From NCBI GenBank assembly GCA_036687775.1, contig JAYYZG010000071.1, positions 1-45,907 of the forward strand: a DNA stretch of 45,907 bases. The letters are read 5' to 3'. The number at the start of each line of letters is the position of its first letter. The first letter of the stretch is position 1. This stretch comes from Actinomycetota bacterium (GTDB lineage Bacteria; Actinomycetota; Acidimicrobiia; Acidimicrobiales; UBA8592). The position numbers and the translations under genes are program-made. The notes under the pieces are model-generated. The model had not been told where the DNA came from. It saw only the letters and a program-made list of their open reading frames with translations, and did not search any database. Shown one piece after another: positions 1 to 9,089 of this stretch.

Positions 1-1443
1 AGAAGTAGATCGTGCCGTTACGAACATCCGGCTTACGTGTCTCACTAAACCAGTTTTTTCAGCTTCTGGCCCAACCATAAACCCAGGCGTATCACATAAA
101 TTAATAATTGGCAGATCAAAAGCATCACAGAGTTGCATGAAACGGGCTGCTTTATCAGCAGCATCACTATCTATCGCTCCACCTAAATGAACGGGGTTAT
201 TAGCAATCACACCAACTGGTCGTCCTTCTATCCGAGCTAACGTAGTAATGATTCCCACACCAAAATCCTTTCGGATCTCAAGTAATGAATCGATGTCGAA
301 CATAACTTCAATAACTTCTCTAATGTCGTATACGCGTAGTCTATTTTCCGGAATAAGGTGCCTCAGTTCTCTCTGGTCTCCACAATCCCAATTTGGAACT
401 GGCCCTTGAAAATATGAGAGGTATTTTTTTGCAACTTTTACCGCTTCTTCTTCGTCCTTAACGCTTATATCCACTACCCCATTGGGACGTTGAATTTCCA
501 TAGGCCCTATTTCTTTGGGGTCGTAAATCCCTAATCCCCCACCTTCAATCATTGCCGGGCCACCCATGCCAATATTTGAGTTTTCGGTAGCAATAATGAC
601 ATCACAACACCCAAGAATTGCTGCATTTCCAGCGAAACAATATCCAGAATTAATTCCTATCAGAGGCACTAGTGCAGAAAGTTCTGCCCAGAGGCCGAAA
701 GCAAGACAATCAAGTCCAGCAACTTGCATGCCATCGGTATCTCCTGGTCTTCCACCACCGCCCTCGGTAAAGAAAATCACTGGAAGTTCCCACCGTTTCG
801 CTATTTCGAATAGACGATCCTTTTTACGATGATTCTGACCGCCTTGAGTGCCTGCTAGAACTGTATAGTCATAAGACATCACGACACACTGCGTTCTCTC
901 TTCGGAGAACAAACCTCCGTTTACTTCTCCTATGCCAGCAATCATTCCATCAGCAGGTGTATTTAGTATTAAATCTTCAAGAGTTCGCCTCTTCCTTTGC
1001 GGAGCGATGGCAAGTGGTCCATATTCAATATAAGGAACGCCATCTACCAAGTCATTCAGATTTTCTCTGGCAGTTCTTTGTTCCGTGGCTCGACGTTTCT
1101 TAACAGCCTTTGGTCGTTTGTGATCATGTCCCAATGCATGTCTTTCATTCACTTCAGCAAGATCGTCTCTTATGGAATCAAGGTCTACCTCCGAGACAAT
1201 CTCTTCACTATGATTTGATATTTCCTTGAACTCTACGGAGATTAAGGCTTGATCTTCTAAGACTGTCTCCCCTACTTCAACGAGGATCTCTTCAACAACT
1301 CCGCTTGATGTAGCCGTAACTTCGTGTTCCATTTTCATAGACTCAAGCAACATGATCCTCTGCCCAACAGTTACTTCATCACCTAGCTCAACATCCACTA
1401 AAAGCACAGTGCCTTGGATAGGTGAACCGAGTTCAGAAGTCAC
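1..1443 (-). CDS. Biotin-dependent acyl-CoA carboxylase: N-terminal biotinyl (BCCP) domain fused to carboxyltransferase; 3' end runs off the window
   Basis: Missing from the ORF track; translated by hand from GTG at 1443: MTSELGSPIQGTVLLVDVELGDEVTVGQRIMLLESMKMEHEV (MKM biotinylation motif). The same frame at the window start reads CDAFDLPIINLCDTPGFMVGPEAEKTGLVRHVSRMF, a carboxyltransferase signature. Confidence 0.9.
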   Translation of the reverse strand, partial: MTSELGSPIQGTVLLVDVELGDEVTVGQRIMLLESMKMEHEVTATSSGVVEEILVEVGETVLEDQALISVEFKEISNHSEEIVSEVDLDSIRDDLAEVNERHALGHDHKRPKAVKKRRATEQRTARENLNDLVDGVPYIEYGPLAIAPQRKRRTLEDLILNTPADGMIAGIGEVNGGLFSEERTQCVVMSYDYTVLAGTQGGQNHRKKDRLFEIAKRWELPVIFFTEGGGGRPGDTDGMQVAGLDCLAFGLWAELSALVPLIGINSGYCFAGNAAILGCCDVIIATENSNIGMGGPAMIEGGGLGIYDPKEIGPMEIQRPNGVVDISVKDEEEAVKVAKKYLSYFQGPVPNWDCGDQRELRHLIPENRLRVYDIREVIEVMFDIDSLLEIRKDFGVGIITTLARIEGRPVGVIANNPVHLGGAIDSDAADKAARFMQLCDAFDLPIINLCDTPGFMVGPEAEKTGLVRHVSRMFVTARSTS

Positions 1444-1453
1444 AACACACCAA

Positions 1454-1843
1454 TTATTCTGATGGCGTTGGGAGTTGATTCAAATAAGTTGGCAGGTCAA
1501 AATAGTCACGCCAGAGTGTAATTTCTCCGTTTACTATTTCAAAAATACCTGCGCATGGCATCTCAACCCATCCATGTGGCCACAGAAATTTATCCAATCT
1601 TTCATTCATAACCGTTGATCCAGTACATGTTTGTCTATGAGTAATCCACTCAATCTTTTCGCATCGACCCATCATGGGTTGAAGTTGCTGGAAAATTGCA
1701 TCACGTCCAAAAACTTTTCCCATTGGGACATTGTCGTATTCACAATCTTCGCTCAAAAAAGAAGTTGCCTCTTCTAAATCCATTTCATTAATGCAGTCAA
1801 TGAATTTCGTTACTATTTGATCTGGTGTCATCTGGTCACTCAT
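1454..1843 (-). CDS. Limonene-1,2-epoxide hydrolase family protein (SnoaL/NTF2-like)
   Basis: YDNVPM, VMNERLD and ITLWRDYFD motifs. Start moved to ATG 1843, which gives an ATGA overlap with the upstream stop. Confidence 0.88.
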   Translation of the reverse strand: MSDQMTPDQIVTKFIDCINEMDLEEATSFLSEDCEYDNVPMGKVFGRDAIFQQLQPMMGRCEKIEWITHRQTCTGSTVMNERLDKFLWPHGWVEMPCAGIFEIVNGEITLWRDYFDLPTYLNQLPTPSE

Positions 1844-2508
1844 GGTGCAGTACCTCCCCATTGATCCCAATGCAAAACGGTTTCTAACGGAGGTCGTTTC
1901 GCAGGTTTAAAATCAGTACCTATTGAATATCCGCATGTAATAAGTGCGCATTGGGTAAAGGCTTCATAGTCGATACCCAGAATTTCTGCTGCTTGCTCTT
2001 CAAACATCAAATGGATTGTTGTCCATGCAGTCCCAAGTCCCCTTTCACGTGCAGCGAGCATAAAGCTCCAGGCTCCAGGCAAGATAGAGCCCAGCATCGC
2101 AGCAGAGGCCATGGATGGAAGTCCTTCATATCTACCGGGTAAAATCGGAATCATCATAACAGGAACTTTCTCAAAATTTTCAGCTAGATACGCTGCAGAA
2201 CTCTGAACCCTATTTTGTTGTGATATTCGTTCTTGATCATCTCCTTTATAGGAAGTTTCTACATTTCCTTCCATCTGGGTATACATTTCCCACCCTTGTT
2301 TATAGAGGCTAGCTAGAGCTTCACGTTGTCCTTGATCAGTTACTACTAGCCATTGCCAGCCTTGTGAATTTGAGCCAGTTGGTGACTGCAGAGCTGCCTC
2401 CAAGCATTCTTTAATCACTTCTGGTTCGACTGGCTTCTCAAAATCTAAGCGTTTTCGAACTGCTCTGGTAGTTGAGAGAACTTCATCTACTGTTAAATTA
2501 AGTTTCAT
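1840..2508 (-). CDS. Nitroreductase family flavoprotein
   Basis: TTRAVRKRLD, SPTGSNSQGW and AARERGLGTAWTT motifs. Confidence 0.9.
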   Translation of the reverse strand: MKLNLTVDEVLSTTRAVRKRLDFEKPVEPEVIKECLEAALQSPTGSNSQGWQWLVVTDQGQREALASLYKQGWEMYTQMEGNVETSYKGDDQERISQQNRVQSSAAYLAENFEKVPVMMIPILPGRYEGLPSMASAAMLGSILPGAWSFMLAARERGLGTAWTTIHLMFEEQAAEILGIDYEAFTQCALITCGYSIGTDFKPAKRPPLETVLHWDQWGGTAP

Positions 2509-2539
2509 TTTTTCTCCTTGTCTATAATTATATTAAATT

Positions 2540-3334
2540 TCAATCTTCTTCTAACTTGCTTTGGTATTGATAACTACGATGCGTTCGCCCACCAGCTACG
2601 AGAAGGTTTCTTCCAGTAACCCATCGGGCAGCAGGGCTTGAAAGAAATACTACGGCACTGGCAATATCCTTTGGCGCACCAAGAAACCCAAGCGGGATCG
2701 AAGAAGCGATCTCCTCTTCAGCTCCATCGGCTCCAAGAACTTCAGCGAACATTTCTGTGACAACAGGGCCGGGAGAAACAGCATTGACTCGAATTTTTGG
2801 AGCCAGTTCTATCGCTAAAGTCTCCGTCATGTTCAGCATCGCTGCTTTCGCTGCAGCGTATGGTCCAGTAAAAGGTGAACCTCTCATTCCCGCTCCAGAA
2901 GCAATATTAATAATTGACCCTCCTTCGCTCATTCGTTTAGCTGATGCTTTCGCGCCTTGGAATGCAGTCATCAAATTTAGCTCTATTTGGTCCCGAAAAA
3001 CTTCATCTGGGGTATCAATAAGTTTCCGTGTTTTCTTTTCATTAGACCCTCCAACATTATTTACCCATACATCAATTTTTCCAAACGTGTTAACTGTTAA
3101 ATCGGCTAATTCATCTGATCTATCTCTAATGTCAGTTGCAAAGATAAGGGCTTCTTTCCCGCGTTCTTCAACACCTTTCGCTGTTTCCTCTAAGTCCTCT
3201 TGCCTTCTAGCATTAACAACAATATTGCAGCCTGCTTCCGCTAGCCCCCAAGCAATCCCCCGTCCGATCCCCTGACCTGAACCAGTCACTACAGCAACTT
3301 TACCTTCTAACTTAAAATCATCTAAAAGCCCCAT
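2540..3334 (-). CDS. Short-chain dehydrogenase/reductase
   Basis: TGSGQGIG, NNVGG, YAAAK, RVNAVSPG. Confidence 0.92.
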   Translation of the reverse strand: MGLLDDFKLEGKVAVVTGSGQGIGRGIAWGLAEAGCNIVVNARRQEDLEETAKGVEERGKEALIFATDIRDRSDELADLTVNTFGKIDVWVNNVGGSNEKKTRKLIDTPDEVFRDQIELNLMTAFQGAKASAKRMSEGGSIINIASGAGMRGSPFTGPYAAAKAAMLNMTETLAIELAPKIRVNAVSPGPVVTEMFAEVLGADGAEEEIASSIPLGFLGAPKDIASAVVFLSSPAARWVTGRNLLVAGGRTHRSYQYQSKLEED

Positions 3335-3446
3335 AAGTCCTCTCTTTCTTAGATCCGCACCTTGTTGAAGATTACTCGCATAGAGGCTCTACGAGAAATC
3401 TGTTTTGGACAGGATGTTCTCTTCATCCTCGCACTATTCTCAGAGC

Positions 3447-4307
3447 ATGAGCAGAATGTCAGAGAAAGTAGTAGTAATAGTTGGCGGGGCTAGCGGCTTC
3501 GGCCTTGCCTGCGCAGAACTCTTCGCATCTGAAGGAGCAACCGTGGTAATCGCTGGACGCCGAGGCGATGTAGCAAAAAAGACCGCGGAAAAATTTGATG
3601 GCTTAGGAGTTACTTGGGATATAACTAACTTTGAGCAAGGGAAGGTGGTTAAAGACGACATTATGAAAAATTTTGGCCGTATTGATGCTGCAATAAATTT
3701 CGCTGGTTACGATGACGTCCTCCCTATTAGCCAGATCACCCCAGACCACCTAGAACCAATGGTTAACGTTCAATTTAATGGTGCTATTTATTTTCTTAGG
3801 TTCATGTGCAATGCGATGGCAGAATCTGGAGGAGGATCGGCTATTTTGTGTTCATCTTTAACAGCCCATAACCCAAATGTCGGAAGAGTTGGGTACGCCG
3901 GTTCGAAAGCTGGCCTTGAGTATGTAGCAAAACTCGCCGCTGTTGAATACGGCAACACGCAGGTCCGAATTAACTGCATCGCCCCACATGTGATTGAAAC
4001 AGCAATGACTTCTGAGATGTTCAAAATTCCCTTTGCTGTTGAAACAGTTCGACTGCAAACTCCGCTTAAAAGAATGGGGCATGTTGAGGATGTTGCTAAC
4101 TGCGCGCTTTACCTTGCTTGTGATGAATCTAATTACGTAAATGGAGAAACAATTCGAGTGGATGGTGGGGCTCATACTCAGAAATTGCCATCAGATCTTG
4201 ATTACGCCCTCTTGGGAATCGCTAGACCTAATTTAGCAGCAGGGTTTCCTCGTGCTGTCGTTCCTGATTGGTACAAAGATGAGATAGAAAGTTCTGAAGA
4301 TAGCTAA
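3447..4307 (+). CDS. Short-chain dehydrogenase/reductase
   Basis: GGASGFG, YAGSK, RINCIAP, RVDGG. Start placed at ATG 3447, 6 nt after a TATTCT -10-like hexamer. Confidence 0.9.
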   Translation: MSRMSEKVVVIVGGASGFGLACAELFASEGATVVIAGRRGDVAKKTAEKFDGLGVTWDITNFEQGKVVKDDIMKNFGRIDAAINFAGYDDVLPISQITPDHLEPMVNVQFNGAIYFLRFMCNAMAESGGGSAILCSSLTAHNPNVGRVGYAGSKAGLEYVAKLAAVEYGNTQVRINCIAPHVIETAMTSEMFKIPFAVETVRLQTPLKRMGHVEDVANCALYLACDESNYVNGETIRVDGGAHTQKLPSDLDYALLGIARPNLAAGFPRAVVPDWYKDEIESSEDS

Positions 4308-4312
4308 GTAGT

Positions 4313-5176
4313 TTATTCCCAAAGACGATTAAGGAATTGAATTACTTCTTCCGAGAATATATCGTTTTTATCTCCAGCAACCATGTGGCCCGCTCCGCTG
4401 ACATCAACAAATTCTGCTTGCGGGTATTCGTGCAGAAATTCTCGGGCTTCATTCTCGGTTACTAGCTCGCTCATCTTCCCTCGGACTAAAAGAGTTGGGA
4501 CCTCAATTTTTCTCATCACTTCGTTTAATAATTGAGGGTTTCTCATGTCAGGATTCTTTTCATTTCTTTCTGAAGATATAAAGCTAGGATCCCAATGCCA
4601 AAACCAGCGATTACCGCGCTTCCGAAGATTTTTCTTTAGACCTTCTAAATCTTTGGGTTTCTTACGATATGGGTTATATTCTGCTAGAACTTCAGCAACT
4701 TCTGAGAGTGAAGCGAAACCTACTTCTGAATGTTCGAGCATAAAATCTTTTACTCTTTCCGCACCATTAACGTTCATATTGGGAACTATGTCAACGAGAA
4801 CAAGAGCAGAGATTGAACCTGGACGGACACAACCCTCTAAATACATCCCAACTAGTCCACCTAAAGAAGCACCAACCAATGCTGGGCAAATGCCAATTTC
4901 CTCTAAAACAAAAGCAATATCCTCACTGAATTGGCTTAATTTATACTCACTTTTTTCAGACCAATCCGATCTCCCGTGCCCACGCATATCGAGAGTGATC
5001 GCAAACGCCCCAACATTCGCTAATCTTTTAGCAGTAGAGTCCCAGGAATGGCGCGTCTGCCCTCCTCCATGGAGGAGGAGAACTGGTCTGTCAGAGATAG
5101 GTCCCCATAAATCAGCTTCTATCTTCATACCCGATGAAGTCGTAAATCTTTCCGTGGCTGGCATTGAATCGTTCAT
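4313..5176 (-). CDS. Alpha/beta hydrolase
   Basis: LLHGGGQT, GASLGG nucleophile elbow, GAGHMVAGD. The track's extension to 5590 overlaps the CoA-transferase and is not credible; start is ATG 5176 or 5164. Confidence 0.88.
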   Translation of the reverse strand: MNDSMPATERFTTSSGMKIEADLWGPISDRPVLLLHGGGQTRHSWDSTAKRLANVGAFAITLDMRGHGRSDWSEKSEYKLSQFSEDIAFVLEEIGICPALVGASLGGLVGMYLEGCVRPGSISALVLVDIVPNMNVNGAERVKDFMLEHSEVGFASLSEVAEVLAEYNPYRKKPKDLEGLKKNLRKRGNRWFWHWDPSFISSERNEKNPDMRNPQLLNEVMRKIEVPTLLVRGKMSELVTENEAREFLHEYPQAEFVDVSGAGHMVAGDKNDIFSEEVIQFLNRLWE

Positions 5177-5183
5177 AAACGTC

Positions 5184-6362
5184 TTAGGAAATAGTTCCTG
5201 AATCACGAAGCTCGGTGATTTCCTCCGCTGCGAATCCAATCTCATGTAAGAGCTCATCGGTATGCTCGCAATAAGTTGGTGCAGGAGTTGCTTCTTGCCT
5301 GAGATCACCATTAAATGTCGCCCCTTGGCGAGGAACACGAATCCGTCCAATGACCGGATGTTCCTTCTCTTGAACGGAATCAACTGCAACAACATGAGGG
5401 TCATAAGCCACTTCTGCTGGGTCAAGAACACGAACCGCAGGGACATCAGCTGATTGACATTTCTCCACAGCCTCTTCGGTAGTAAAAGCGCTAAGCATCT
5501 CATCAAATTCCTGATACCAGACTGTGAAATTCTTACTTCGATTACTTGCCGAAGAGAAGCGTTCATCAGTGGCAAGGTCAATTCTGTCAAGCGCTTTACA
5601 AACAGCCTCCCATTGACTGTCAGTTCCTGCTGTCACTGATACCCAACCATCAGAGGTTGAGAAAAGCTGATATGAGCTCAAAAGGTTCGGCAAGTGCAAC
5701 GCATCTTCATCGAGGAGAGTTTCGTGCATCATCACATCAGGCCAATTAAATGCAATGTTTGCCTCAAGCATAGAGACTTCAACGTGCTGGCCTTCCCCAG
5801 TAAGGTTTCTTGCAAATAGCGCTGCAGTTATGGCTTGAGAAGTCGTCAATGCGGCGACTTTATCTGCAACCATGCCACGGATTAAGTTTGGCATTGATTC
5901 AGTTTTCTGCGCACCTGCCCAACCGGAAAGTGCTTGAATAACTGGATCGTAAACCGGTCGTCCGCTGTAAGGCCCCGATGGGCCAAACCCTGACGAGGAA
6001 ACATAGACAAGTGAAGGATTTCTCTCTATCGCAGCTTCAAAGGAGAATCCCAATCTTGCCACAGCACCGGGTCGAAAGCCTTCAATGAAAACATCAGCCT
6101 CCTGAAGAAATGACCATAGAATTTCTTTCGCTTTCTTCTGAGATAGATCTAGCCCGATTGATCGTTTCCCAGCGTTAGCATTTGCAAACCAACCGGACAT
6201 ATTATTCTTTCGACTACCGTACATGCGAAGGTCATCACCACCGGTGGTGTTTTCAACCTTTATAATTTCCGCTCCTTGAGTAGCTAAAAGATGGGTAGCC
6301 CCTGGAACGGCAATCATTTGAGCTAATTCAACTATCTTAATTCCAGCTAAAGGACCTGACAT
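5184..6362 (-). CDS. Family III CoA-transferase (CaiB/BaiF)
   Basis: GPLAGIKIVEL, GAEIIKVE, NAGKRSIGLDL, DVFIEGFRPG, YDPVIQALSG, catalytic Asp in VADK. Confidence 0.93.
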   Translation of the reverse strand: MSGPLAGIKIVELAQMIAVPGATHLLATQGAEIIKVENTTGGDDLRMYGSRKNNMSGWFANANAGKRSIGLDLSQKKAKEILWSFLQEADVFIEGFRPGAVARLGFSFEAAIERNPSLVYVSSSGFGPSGPYSGRPVYDPVIQALSGWAGAQKTESMPNLIRGMVADKVAALTTSQAITAALFARNLTGEGQHVEVSMLEANIAFNWPDVMMHETLLDEDALHLPNLLSSYQLFSTSDGWVSVTAGTDSQWEAVCKALDRIDLATDERFSSASNRSKNFTVWYQEFDEMLSAFTTEEAVEKCQSADVPAVRVLDPAEVAYDPHVVAVDSVQEKEHPVIGRIRVPRQGATFNGDLRQEATPAPTYCEHTDELLHEIGFAAEEITELRDSGTIS

Positions 6363-6383
6363 CGCTCCCCCATTATCACGAAC

Positions 6384-6914
6384 TCATCCATGAGAATAAA
6401 AAGAAGGGTCTTCACTAGGATCTGAAGTTAGATTTACCGGACAATCATTCGCTATGTCGAGGACAGCCAAGATCCTCCCTACACCTAGACAAAATCCAAT
6501 TAATGTTAATAGTTCTAAAATTTGCTGATCAGAGAATACTATCTTCGCCCGTTTCCAGAACTCTTCGTCACTTCGCATGGCCACATGATCAAAAACGAAC
6601 CTTTCAGCCATCTCTGCAGCTAACTTCTCTTGTTCTGAGAATGCACCAATATCATCGTATTCTGCGACTCGGTGGTAAAGTTCGTCTTCTAAACCTTGCT
6701 GCATCGCCGATGCAGACCGAGTATCAAGTCATATATGGCAATCATTGATTTGCGCTATGCGCATACGGGCAACTTCACGGACTCTCGTATCCAAGGAAAC
6801 CTTTGTATACAGAGCATCACCTGTGATCCCAATTCCTTTACCAACATTGGGCTGCAGATACCAAAGTCGGCTCCGTTCCAGACCTTCACCTTCTGGAATA
6901 TTTATTCTTGCCAT
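6384..6914 (-). CDS. AhpD/carboxymuconolactone decarboxylase-like protein, probable selenoprotein (C59-x-x-U62), 176 aa; joins track ORFs 6729-6914 and 6384-6704
   Basis: Both ORFs are in one frame separated only by TGA 6729-6731: LDTRVREVARMRIAQINDCHI-U-LDTRSASAMQQGLEDELY...FSEQEKLAAEMAE...FSDQQILEL. The TGA occupies the second Cys of the AhpD CxxC, and a hairpin follows it. Confidence 0.85.
6695..6731 (-). promoter_or_regulatory. Putative bacterial SECIS element
   Basis: mRNA reads UGA-CUUG-AUACUCGGU-CUGCAUC-GGC-GAUGCAG-CAAG. Perfect 7-bp upper stem (6699-6715), G-initiated apical loop about 20 nt after UGA, and a possible CUUG/CAAG lower stem. Confidence 0.65.
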
Positions 6915-6993
6915 ACTGCCCCCTACTCGTATCCAATCTTTGTACTTTTACTTTAGCTTGACCGCAGGGGGAGAGAAAGACTAAAGAGAAGAC

Positions 6994-7671
6994 ATGGAAG
7001 AATTCAATCTCAAAGAAGTAGACCAATTACTAACCACTACAAGGGCCGTAAGAAAACGGCTCGATCTGGAACGTGAAGTACCTCGAGACTTAATCCTTGA
7101 CTGTGTTAGAGTCTCAACGCAAGCACCTGCTGGGGGCAATTACCAAAAGTGGCGATGGGTTATTGTTGATGATCCAGCCAAAAAACAAATTGTCGCTGAT
7201 GCATACCGAGAAGCTTATGCACCGTACATCGAAGCACAGAAGACCGCTGTCACAGACAAAACTTCAAATGACCCAACGATTAAAAAAATCATGTCCTCAA
7301 GCGACTATCTAGCTGAGATACTTGAAAAAGTACCAGTACTTGCTATTCCATGCTCTCTAGGAACGCCGGCTGATATGGAAGGGGCTTTGGGAGGCGGGCT
7401 TCAAGGCTGGTGGGGATCTGTTCTCCCTGCCGTTTGGAGTTACATGCTCGCAGCTCGTGCCAGAGGGCTCGGCACGGCTTGGACAACTCTCCACCTTCGC
7501 TACAGCGAACGAGTCGGAACTGCACTCGGGATTCCAAATACGGTGACTCAATTAGCCTGTATTCCGACAGCCTATTACTCAGGTCAAGGTTTCCGACCTG
7601 GTAAACGTAAGCCTGCTGAACAAGTCACCTACTGGAATTCATGGAAAGAAACTAAGATTCAATCAACCTAA
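6994..7671 (+). CDS. Nitroreductase family flavoprotein (paralog of 1840-2508)
   Basis: TTTRAVRKRLD, APAGGNYQKW, AARARGLGTAWTTLHL. Confidence 0.9.
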   Translation: MEEFNLKEVDQLLTTTRAVRKRLDLEREVPRDLILDCVRVSTQAPAGGNYQKWRWVIVDDPAKKQIVADAYREAYAPYIEAQKTAVTDKTSNDPTIKKIMSSSDYLAEILEKVPVLAIPCSLGTPADMEGALGGGLQGWWGSVLPAVWSYMLAARARGLGTAWTTLHLRYSERVGTALGIPNTVTQLACIPTAYYSGQGFRPGKRKPAEQVTYWNSWKETKIQST

Positions 7672-7967
7672 GACTTAGTCGCTCCATGTTGCTCAGCAGT
7701 TTTTTCATGATGTCGTATCACTTCATCAACTATAAGTCGGAAGACTTTCTCGCCAAATGAAGGATCCATCCCTGCCATTTGAGCAATTTTATGCAATCGG
7801 GAAATTTGTTGCTGTTCTCGCTCCGGATCCGCCGCAGGTAAATCATTCTCTGCTTTAAACTGACCTACAGCCTTTGTAATCTCAAACCGTTCAGCCAATA
7901 AACAAATCAATTGTTCATCTAATTCATCTATTCGCTCTCTATGTTCATTCAAAACATCATTATCCAT
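7668..7967 (-). CDS. Chorismate mutase (AroQ/type II)
   Basis: LNEHRERIDELDEQLICLLAERF...VGQFK...DPEREQQQI...EVIRHH, the actinobacterial small CM pattern. Confidence 0.9.
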   Translation of the reverse strand: MDNDVLNEHRERIDELDEQLICLLAERFEITKAVGQFKAENDLPAADPEREQQQISRLHKIAQMAGMDPSFGEKVFRLIVDEVIRHHEKTAEQHGATKS

Positions 7968-8156
7968 AGAATCTTTTAACCTCGCTACTCCTTAGTGCTC
8001 AACTCGCCTTGGAATAAATCTACACACTACTAGATCTGTAGCTTTCTAGCGCTTGTTTAACACTAGCCGCTGACAATTTACTTCTTTCTCATACTGTTAT
8101 GGAAAAAAATCGGTTGCTGAATGGAGAATCATTAAATCACGTGACAACATCTGTTC

Positions 8157-9080
8157 ATGATCTCTTCTTCGGAAACTTTTAATGGAACTTGGCCCTATAA
8201 GCCAAGGTTTAGTAATGCGGCTGGGTTTAAGCAGCATTACGTGGACGAAGGACAAGGCGAAGTGATTATCTGCCTTCACGGGGAACCAACATGGGGTTAC
8301 CTTTATCGGAATATGATCGGCCCTTTATCAAAAGATTATCGGGTAATAGTCCCAGACCATATGGGGTTTGGGAAAAGCGAAACACCAACAAATCGTGAAT
8401 ACACCTTAAAAAGCCATACGGAAAATCTGACTGCTCTTATAGATGACCTTGCATTAAATTCCATAACATTTGTTATGCAAGACTGGGGAGGTCCAATAGG
8501 AACTGCATACGCAATAAGGAATCCGGAAAGAATAAGTCGTTTGGTTTACATGAATACACTCGCTGGCTATGGCGAAGGACCCAAAGAGATACTCCGCATC
8601 CGTGATTCCGAGTGGTTTACTTGGATCGGTGAAGGATTAGAGAATGGAAGAACAGAAGCCGTTTTGAGGAATGCTGGCTCAACCATGCTCTCAATTATGA
8701 ATCGCCTAGGCATCTCTAACACAAGCATTATCAACGACACGTGGATAGAAGCTTATAGTGCTCCCTTCCCTAACTATGAAAGCTCTATAGGAGCATATGA
8801 ATTTCCTATTGACGCGTATCTCGGAAGAATAGCTGACTATGTCATCGAAGGGCTAAGTGGTCTTGAGAATCTCACGTCTACACCAGCAATTCTGATAGAG
8901 GGCTTAGACGATAAGGCAATCCCCCCAGAGTTCGCGATAGCGGATTTTAAATCACTCTGGCCTTCGTCTCCTGTCATCGAACTTGAAGGAGTCGGGCATT
9001 TTTGCCAAGAAGATGCCCCCGAAGTTCTGGTGGCTAGTATTCAGCAATTTATGCAAACCAACAGCATTAACTTGGATTGA
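8157..9080 (+). CDS. Haloalkane dehalogenase-like alpha/beta hydrolase
   Basis: HYVDEG, LHGEPTWGYLYR, PDHMGFGKS, QDWGG, AYSAPFP, GHFCQED. Confidence 0.85.
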   Translation: MISSSETFNGTWPYKPRFSNAAGFKQHYVDEGQGEVIICLHGEPTWGYLYRNMIGPLSKDYRVIVPDHMGFGKSETPTNREYTLKSHTENLTALIDDLALNSITFVMQDWGGPIGTAYAIRNPERISRLVYMNTLAGYGEGPKEILRIRDSEWFTWIGEGLENGRTEAVLRNAGSTMLSIMNRLGISNTSIINDTWIEAYSAPFPNYESSIGAYEFPIDAYLGRIADYVIEGLSGLENLTSTPAILIEGLDDKAIPPEFAIADFKSLWPSSPVIELEGVGHFCQEDAPEVLVASIQQFMQTNSINLD

Positions 9081-9089
9081 TAGAAATAA

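Noticed and set aside
5177-5590. N-terminal extension of the 425-aa hydrolase ORF
   Set aside because: It overlaps the CoA-transferase on the same strand in another frame and has no family resemblance.
6384-6914. Two small genes or a pseudogene, as in the ORF track
   Set aside because: Same frame, the single stop falls exactly at the CxxC second Cys, both halves are intact, and a hairpin follows. A recoded single gene explains this better.
8020-8045. NrdR-like palindrome CTACTAGATCTGTAG
   Set aside because: Single imperfect copy, far from nucleotide-reduction genes; could be chance.
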